Shown here piece after piece: positions 25,551 to 32,000 of a stretch of 32,000 nucleotides of DNA. The DNA lies in assembly GCA_035390665.1 (NCBI GenBank), contig DAOOUC010000002.1, positions 1 to 32,000 of the forward strand, given 5' to 3'. Positions within the stretch are counted from its first letter, which is position 1. Each line of letters starts with the position of its first letter. Below the pieces are notes generated by a model that saw nothing but the letters and a program-made list of their open reading frames with translations, ran no database searches and was not told the DNA's origin. The position numbers were made by a program, and so were the translations under genes. Source of the stretch: an archaeon (GTDB taxonomy: Archaea > Iainarchaeota > Iainarchaeia > Iainarchaeales > CSSED10-239).

Positions 25551-28500
25551 ATGATAAAGAAAATAATAATATTCTTAATGTTAATTATATTTAGTGCAAA
25601 TGTTTTTGCATATACAACAAATACAATTAATATTACTTCAAGTTATGCAAATAGTTCGGGAAATATTAATTTTACTGGAACAGCAACAGGAGAACTAAAT
25701 GAGCAATTACAATTAAATGTATCTTCTGGAGGAGACGGGGTAGGAATAGATTTTAATGTTACAATTGTTAGTGGTAATTTTTCAGGAAGTTTTAATATTG
25801 CTATTGATGGAGAATCAAGTTCTGGCACAGTTCCTACAATTAAAACCAATTCTTTTGATACAATTAGATTAAAAGATAAACAAAATTCAGATAAAAACGA
25901 CACAATCATAGTTGATTCAGTAAAACCAACAAATTCAGCAGCCCTAACTATTTCTGTGCTTGGCGACAATTATTTAAATTATTATTCTGGTAGCATAAAT
26001 GTAAGTTATGTTCCCGGAACATTATCTGATTCTGGATCTTCGGGAATAAGTAATCACATTATTACTGTTGTTCCTGTTACAGAAATTAATAATTATTTAT
26101 CATCCACAAGAAAATTTATAAATGCAAGTACAGACAACAATAAAACAATCAATTCTTTGTCTCCAGTAATTCCTGATGGAAATTATTTTGTAGTAATTGA
26201 TGCTAATGATTTGGCTGGAAATTATTCTTTATCTGATTCTGTTTTAGCAACAAAAAAAAATGTTTATTTTGATAATACAAAACCAGAAATTTCAGCTGTA
26301 TTAATTGGAACTACAGAAAAAACAATCGACACAAATAAAATTTATATCCCAAATACTAGTTTTATTTTAACTATTTTATTAGAGGATTCTTCAGGAATAG
26401 AACAAACAAGTTCATTAACAGTAATACGCCCCGATGCTTTACCAAGATATAGTAATTATGATGCTACAAATGGTTTTGTAATTAGTTCTACAGACATTGG
26501 AAGCGGGTGGGAAGATGGAGACATTTTTAGAGTATCAATTGATGCTAACGATAATGTCAATAACAGATATACTTATGATTTTAATATAATAATTGATACC
26601 ACAAAACCAACAACACCAAATAAAAACACAACAACAATAGAAGATCTTGACAAGAATGTAACAATTACTTGGGCAAAAGATGCATCAACAGATGTAGGTT
26701 CTGAATTAAAGGAATATAGGGTTTATAAAAGCACAACTACATTTACAACAATAACAAATCAAACTCTTGTGTGTACAACAGGAACAACAACTTACACATG
26801 TAAAGACACAGATGAAAAAAATTTAGATGAAGTTTATTATTATGGACTTGTTGGCGTAGATAATGCAGGAAATATTAGTGACTCCAATACTCAGTCTATT
26901 TGGACAGGGCCAGAATGTGATATAGAAATAAATGATGGTAATGAATATACAAATCTATCAAGTGTTGATATAAATATTAGTTATTCAGATGATGTAAATT
27001 TAGTTGCATTTAGTTGTAATGGCACTTCTTTTTCTAGCTATCAAGAGTTAGATGAAGATGATGATGAAGCTTCTAAAACATTTACAATAACTTCTGGAAA
27101 CGGTTGTAATTCAGATGAAGACGAAAAAACAATTTATGCAAGAATAAAAACAACTGATGAAGACGATCCTAGAACAACAATTTGTTCTGCAGAGATATAT
27201 TACGATACCACTGCACCAAATATTCCTACAAATATTAAAGCAATAACTCAAGCAAATGGAAGCATAAAATTATCATGGGATGATTCTGAAGATGAAAATA
27301 CGGATTCTTATGTTACTTATAGAGTTTATTATTCCTTAACTAATAATGTCACAAGCACATCGTCTTATTTTGAAGTAGAAGATAATACTTATACCCACAA
27401 CCCAAATCAAGACACAAATGTTTATTATAAATTAAGTGCAATAGATGAGGCAGGAAATCAATCTTCTTTATCTGCAACAATAACAGGTGTTGCAAAAAAG
27501 ATTGGCGCAGATTTAACAATTTCAATAACCCCTTCAAATACAGATGCAAATATTTTATATGTGGGTAGTGGAATAAAAACAATAAAGTATATTAGTGATG
27601 AATCTTTAGTAGGAACTCCACAAGTAAGTGTAAAGCAAGGAACAGATTCTTTTGTTACAATTATAACAACATATAATAATTCTAATAAAACAGGTCAAGG
27701 CGAATTTAATTTCACAAAGTCAGGAAATGGAACAATAAAAATTATTGCAACAAATAATAATAATGAGATTTCAACATCAGAATTAAGTTTCACTATAGAT
27801 ATTAATGCCCCTACATTTGATTATAACTATTCTGATTCAAACGGCACATTTTTATTTAATTTAAAAGACTATTCTTCTGATATACACAGAGCACAATATT
27901 TATTAGACGACTCGGAAGAAATCTGTTTGAGAAATAAAACAGATAGTAATTTCAATTGTATATTTGATTCCACAGGTACAGCCGATGGGAACCATTTAGT
28001 TTCAATAATAGTATATGATCGTGCATTAAATATTACAAAAAAAGAAACAAGTATTGTAATTGACAACGTTGATGAAGACCAAATACTTTCTACAACATTA
28101 AAACTAGAATTAGATGTTAATATAGAAAAAACAAAAGACAATTTAGAATTATTTGAAGCCCTTAATTTATTAAAAGAACTAGATAGTTCTATAAAAACAA
28201 AATTTGAATTGGCAAAAGCAGACAAGTCAGATGGGGATCAATTATTTGGGCAATCAAAATTTTTAGAAGCAAAAGAAAAGTATTTGTTAGTGAAAGATTC
28301 ACTTATTGAAATAGATAACAATCTTCCAAAAATTGAAATAATAAACACCACAGAAACAGATGCAATTTATGATGAAAATTCAACAGTTCCTCAAGGATTA
28401 ATAATGGATTCAAATGCAATAACAGATACTATAAACTTGTATAAAACAAAAGATATAAAAATTATTAGAAATTTTGATGTAATTAAAATAGAGAATCACA

Positions 28501-29111
28501 AATTCTTTTCTGTTACTCTTAAAATTACTAATTCAGGTACAACAAGCAAGCAAATAACAATTATGGAAGAAATTCCAAAATCTTTTAGTACAAGTATAAA
28601 AAATCTTTCATTTACAGAGCAAATAGATATTTTATTAGCAGATCCAATAATAAAATATAGTGTAGAAATACCTGCAGGTCAAACAAAAGAAATTACATAT
28701 AGATTAATGACACCAATAACTGATGTGGATTCTATAACAAAATATAACACCATAAATAAAAGCTTCGTTGCTCCAGTAATATTAAGCGGGGAAATTCAAA
28801 AAGAAAAATTTAATATTAAAAAACCAGTTAATACAAATTTGTTTATTTATCTAATCTCTATTGTTGTTTTATTTATAATAATATTATTAATACTTAATGC
28901 AATTACAACCTTTAAAAATAAACAAGTAAAAATTGAAATAAAAAAAGATTCAAAAACAGAAATGTCTGATTATTTAGGAAATATAAAACAGGAAAATGTA
29001 AAAAATGAAGAATTAGAAGAAACAGCAAAGATTGTGGATGAAAAAAAACAATCTGCAGATAAATTCCAAGAGAATTATGATTATATTCTTTCAGCAATAA
29101 AAAAAAGATAA
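25551..29111 (+). CDS. Large surface protein: signal peptide, Ig/FN3-like domains, C-terminal TM and cytoplasmic tail
   Basis: ORF 1186 aa; N-terminal hydrophobic KKIIIFLMLIIFSANVFA; FN3-like PTNIKAITQANGSIKLSWDDSEDENTDSYVTYRVYYS; TM NLFIYLISIVVLFIIILLILNAITTF. Confidence 0.75.
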   Translation: MIKKIIIFLMLIIFSANVFAYTTNTINITSSYANSSGNINFTGTATGELNEQLQLNVSSGGDGVGIDFNVTIVSGNFSGSFNIAIDGESSSGTVPTIKTNSFDTIRLKDKQNSDKNDTIIVDSVKPTNSAALTISVLGDNYLNYYSGSINVSYVPGTLSDSGSSGISNHIITVVPVTEINNYLSSTRKFINASTDNNKTINSLSPVIPDGNYFVVIDANDLAGNYSLSDSVLATKKNVYFDNTKPEISAVLIGTTEKTIDTNKIYIPNTSFILTILLEDSSGIEQTSSLTVIRPDALPRYSNYDATNGFVISSTDIGSGWEDGDIFRVSIDANDNVNNRYTYDFNIIIDTTKPTTPNKNTTTIEDLDKNVTITWAKDASTDVGSELKEYRVYKSTTTFTTITNQTLVCTTGTTTYTCKDTDEKNLDEVYYYGLVGVDNAGNISDSNTQSIWTGPECDIEINDGNEYTNLSSVDINISYSDDVNLVAFSCNGTSFSSYQELDEDDDEASKTFTITSGNGCNSDEDEKTIYARIKTTDEDDPRTTICSAEIYYDTTAPNIPTNIKAITQANGSIKLSWDDSEDENTDSYVTYRVYYSLTNNVTSTSSYFEVEDNTYTHNPNQDTNVYYKLSAIDEAGNQSSLSATITGVAKKIGADLTISITPSNTDANILYVGSGIKTIKYISDESLVGTPQVSVKQGTDSFVTIITTYNNSNKTGQGEFNFTKSGNGTIKIIATNNNNEISTSELSFTIDINAPTFDYNYSDSNGTFLFNLKDYSSDIHRAQYLLDDSEEICLRNKTDSNFNCIFDSTGTADGNHLVSIIVYDRALNITKKETSIVIDNVDEDQILSTTLKLELDVNIEKTKDNLELFEALNLLKELDSSIKTKFELAKADKSDGDQLFGQSKFLEAKEKYLLVKDSLIEIDNNLPKIEIINTTETDAIYDENSTVPQGLIMDSNAITDTINLYKTKDIKIIRNFDVIKIENHKFFSVTLKITNSGTTSKQITIMEEIPKSFSTSIKNLSFTEQIDILLADPIIKYSVEIPAGQTKEITYRLMTPITDVDSITKYNTINKSFVAPVILSGEIQKEKFNIKKPVNTNLFIYLISIVVLFIIILLILNAITTFKNKQVKIEIKKDSKTEMSDYLGNIKQENVKNEELEETAKIVDEKKQSADKFQENYDYILSAIKKR

Positions 29112-29114
29112 TAA

Positions 29115-30296
29115 ATGATTAAAGGTTTAGAAACAAAAATTGTTGTTGTGGGTGGGGGGCCAGCAGGTCTTTATTGTGCTTATCTTATTAAAAGATTTAA
29201 CCCCAGTATACTTGTAACATTAATTGAATCTAAAAAAGAAATATATTCTTCTTGTTGTAGTGGTCATGTTTCTATTAAAGGAATAAATGAATTAAAGTTA
29301 GCACCATTCATAGATTTAGAAAAATTAACAATTAATAGAATAAGAGGCGCAAATATCTTTGGTCCAAATGGAACAAATTTAGAAGTTAGAACAAAGCAAT
29401 ATCAAACAATTGTAATAAACCGAGGAGAATTAGATAAAGAGATAGAAAAACTAGCAAAAAACAGCGGTGTAGAAATCTTATGTGGTTATCAAGTTGTTGC
29501 AATAGATGAAGATTCAATAAAGGTAAATATTATTGATGAAAACAGATTAATTAATATAGATTATAATTATTTAATAGGTGCTGATGGTCCAAATTCAATA
29601 GTAAGAAATAGTTTTTCTCAAAAAAATAATAATGACGCTTTCATAAATACCTATCAAATAACTGCAACAGGAAATTTCAAAAAAGATATGGTTAGTGTTT
29701 ATTTTGGGGACTATGCTAAAAATTTCTTTGCTTGGATTATTCCAGAAGATACAACAACTGCACGAATTGGAATTGGAACAACTTTTGGTTATAATCCAAA
29801 AGAAGCACTTAATCAATTTATATTTAAGCAAGAATTAAAATTATCAAATATTAAATTTAATTGTTCTGGAATTATTCCAATCTCTAAACCATTAGATACC
29901 TATTTTTACAAAAATAGATTGTTGATTGGAGATGCAGCTTGTTTTGTTAAAGCAACAAGTGGTGGAGGATTAGTTTTTGGTTTAAAGAGTGCAGAAATTG
30001 CAGCTCAAACGATTACTGATAGATTTAAAAAATTTCAAAATGTAAACAATTATAATAAAAATTTAAAAAAATATATTTATGATTTAAATCTTCATTATAA
30101 AATCCACAACTACATCTATAATAAAACAAATTATGAATTCGACGAGCTTTTAAAAAAATTAAAAGAAGCAGGAATAGAAGAATTTCTAAATAGCTTTGGT
30201 AATATTGATTATCCAAGTAAAATTATTCCAAATCTGATTTTTTATCCTAAATTTATAGTATTTTATAAAGAATTTATAAGGTTTGTAAAATCTTAG
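29115..30296 (+). CDS. Geranylgeranyl reductase-family FAD flavoprotein
   Basis: ORF 393 aa; IVVVGGGPAGLYCAYLIKRF, CCSGHVS, YLIGADGPNSIVR, LIGDAACFVKATSGGGLVFGLKSAEIAA. Confidence 0.85.
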   Translation: MIKGLETKIVVVGGGPAGLYCAYLIKRFNPSILVTLIESKKEIYSSCCSGHVSIKGINELKLAPFIDLEKLTINRIRGANIFGPNGTNLEVRTKQYQTIVINRGELDKEIEKLAKNSGVEILCGYQVVAIDEDSIKVNIIDENRLINIDYNYLIGADGPNSIVRNSFSQKNNNDAFINTYQITATGNFKKDMVSVYFGDYAKNFFAWIIPEDTTTARIGIGTTFGYNPKEALNQFIFKQELKLSNIKFNCSGIIPISKPLDTYFYKNRLLIGDAACFVKATSGGGLVFGLKSAEIAAQTITDRFKKFQNVNNYNKNLKKYIYDLNLHYKIHNYIYNKTNYEFDELLKKLKEAGIEEFLNSFGNIDYPSKIIPNLIFYPKFIVFYKEFIRFVKS

Positions 30297-30367
30297 TGCA
30301 TAGCATACTCTTTTATTTGTTTTTATAACAAAATATAATATATTTATATTAAAATTGAGGTGGAAAA

Positions 30368-32000
30368 ATGAAAAAAGTAATAATATTAGGTATATTAGCG
30401 ATTTTTTGTTTAAATATATTTGGAATAGTTAATTCTGAAGAATTAACTCAAGATACAACAGCTAGCGGAAATAATTCAACAGTTTGTACAATGGACGTAA
30501 TGACTTGTCCTAGTGGTATGACAGTGCCAAGAGTGCCAGAATTAAACTGTGAATTTGCTCCTTGCCCTCAATATTCAGATAGTACAACAGGAATTGGGCA
30601 AGTAAGTGATGTAGTAATAGTAAATCCTACAACAACGGTTGTGGAAACAACAACAGAGGATAAAAAAGAATGTCAAACACAAGTGCAAGCAATTAATGCA
30701 CAAATTGTTGAAAAAGACAAAGCATATAAAGAAGAATTAAAATTATTATTGCCTGCTTATCAATCTGCAAAAGAAGAATATCTTAAAGCACTAACAGAAT
30801 ATAAAAAGTGTATTTCAGAGAAAATTTCTACAAAAATGACAGATTCAATTAATTCAACAGTAAGTTCTCAAGCAGGTACATCAGGAATGACAGCAAATAT
30901 TGCGGTAGCAAATATGACAGAAAGGTGGGTTAAACAAAATACAAGTATTTCTGAAACTCCGCAAGTTGCTAGTGCAATTATGCCAATTGAGAATATAAAT
31001 GTAAATGAATTAGATTTAGAAATTATAGAATTACCAGAAACAGATTCAATTAACTGTAAAGAACAAAGAATTTTGTTAAATGAAAAACAAGTAAAAATTA
31101 AAGCAGAAATATTAAAAATAAAAGAATTAAGAGAAAAATACAAAGCAGATGAAATTTCAGTAAAAGAATTACAAGCACAAAGACAAGAAATTATAAGAAG
31201 TTGTTATCCAGGTAATCCTGCTAGTGTAATAAAAGAAGAATGTATTGTTCCTAAGGAATTATTAGAACAAAGAAAAGAATTAGAGAAAAGACTAATGGAA
31301 TTACAAACAAATTTTACATCTGAAGATAATGCAAATAAAGAAGAGTTTATTTTAAAACACAGACAAGTAAAAGAAGAATATGGACAAGTTTCTGAAAAAA
31401 TAAATAGTATTGAAAAGGCATGTAAACAAACAGCAAGAGTAGTTACTCAAGTAGATAGATGTAAACCAGACGAAGGATTGTTACAAGAAATTGAAAAATA
31501 TAAAAAAAGCTTGTTAACAGAAACAGATCCTGATACATTATATAAATTAAGAATAGCATTAGATTATGCAATAAAAAAAATGAATGCTGGCTGTGGAATT
31601 AGCTCAGTAGAAGGAACAACAGAAGTTTCAACTAAACCTGTTTCAGAAACAGAAATATTAAAACAAGAGATACAAAGATTAAAATTAGAGATTCAAAAGA
31701 AAGATAATGAAATCAAATCTCTAAGAGAATCAATGAGAGAATTTACTGGAGAAATGAAATCTGCTAATGCTGAAAAAAAGAAAGAATTATTAGAGACCAA
31801 TTTTGATAAAGTTTTAGAGCATACAGCAGCAGTAATTAAATCCAGAATTACAAAATTAGAAGAAAAAATAACTGATATAGAAACAACAGAAACTATTTCA
31901 GAAGAAAATAAAAAGAAAATAATTTCAGATTTAAATAACAGAATTGCATCTTTGACACAAGTATTAGATAAATTAAATACTGCAACCACAGCTGAAGAAT
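30368..32000 (+). CDS. Secreted coiled-coil-rich protein of unknown function, 3' truncated by window edge; missed by ORF track
   Basis: Manual translation MKKVIILGILAIFCLNIFGIVNSEELTQDTTASGNNSTVCTMDVMTCPSGMTVPRVPELNCEFAPCPQYS... then long K/E/L-rich segments; GGTG 30359-30362 upstream. Confidence 0.75.
   Translation, partial: MKKVIILGILAIFCLNIFGIVNSEELTQDTTASGNNSTVCTMDVMTCPSGMTVPRVPELNCEFAPCPQYSDSTTGIGQVSDVVIVNPTTTVVETTTEDKKECQTQVQAINAQIVEKDKAYKEELKLLLPAYQSAKEEYLKALTEYKKCISEKISTKMTDSINSTVSSQAGTSGMTANIAVANMTERWVKQNTSISETPQVASAIMPIENINVNELDLEIIELPETDSINCKEQRILLNEKQVKIKAEILKIKELREKYKADEISVKELQAQRQEIIRSCYPGNPASVIKEECIVPKELLEQRKELEKRLMELQTNFTSEDNANKEEFILKHRQVKEEYGQVSEKINSIEKACKQTARVVTQVDRCKPDEGLLQEIEKYKKSLLTETDPDTLYKLRIALDYAIKKMNAGCGISSVEGTTEVSTKPVSETEILKQEIQRLKLEIQKKDNEIKSLRESMREFTGEMKSANAEKKKELLETNFDKVLEHTAAVIKSRITKLEEKITDIETTETISEENKKKIISDLNNRIASLTQVLDKLNTATTAEE

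Noticed and set aside
126-31989. Many minus-strand ORFs in the supplied track (e.g. 2412-2633, 3621-3935, 17065-17451, 20503-21009, 27869-28225)
   Set aside because: They lie antisense to clearly assigned plus-strand genes, have biased F/L/I/S-rich compositions expected from reversed Lys/Glu codons, and match no family I recognise.

Overview
This 32 kb window is from an AT-rich archaeal genome, probably a DPANN-type lineage judging by small, compact genes (inference only). It is dominated by translation and transcription genes. Block 1 (1-7.8 kb) is the spc/S13-type cluster: L6-L32e-L19e-L18-S5-L30-L15-SecY-EMC3/DUF106-L34e-short L14e-S13-S4-S11-Rpo3. Block 2 (7.8-10.3 kb) is tRNA-Leu(TAA)-L18e-L13-S9-Rpo10-S2. 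An accessory or surface block (10.3-16.6 kb) follows: TrmB-like regulator, class III signal peptide protein, M6-like metalloprotease with CHB_HEX_C repeats, BspA-like repeat surface protein, and a convergent deaminase. Block 3 (16.7-22.9 kb) is L7Ae-S28e-L24e-IF5B-S6e-eIF2gamma-PIN-Rpo7-Spt4-S24e-S27ae. The tail carries a CPBP protease, a 400 nt non-coding region with helix-forming potential, a PHP-domain protein, a TraB-like protein, a large FN3-type surface protein, a geranylgeranyl-reductase-like protein and a truncated secreted coiled-coil protein. I see no CRISPR array, mobile element or recognisable defence system. The most interesting unexplained items are the non-coding segment at 23.54-23.83 kb, a predicted three-helix-junction element after the tRNA, a duplicated start context flanking a hairpin/mini-ORF before eIF2gamma, perfect AT palindromes in both divergent promoter regions, an 11-bp-arm inverted repeat before the TrmB-like gene, the S6e start anomaly, and a very short L14e.
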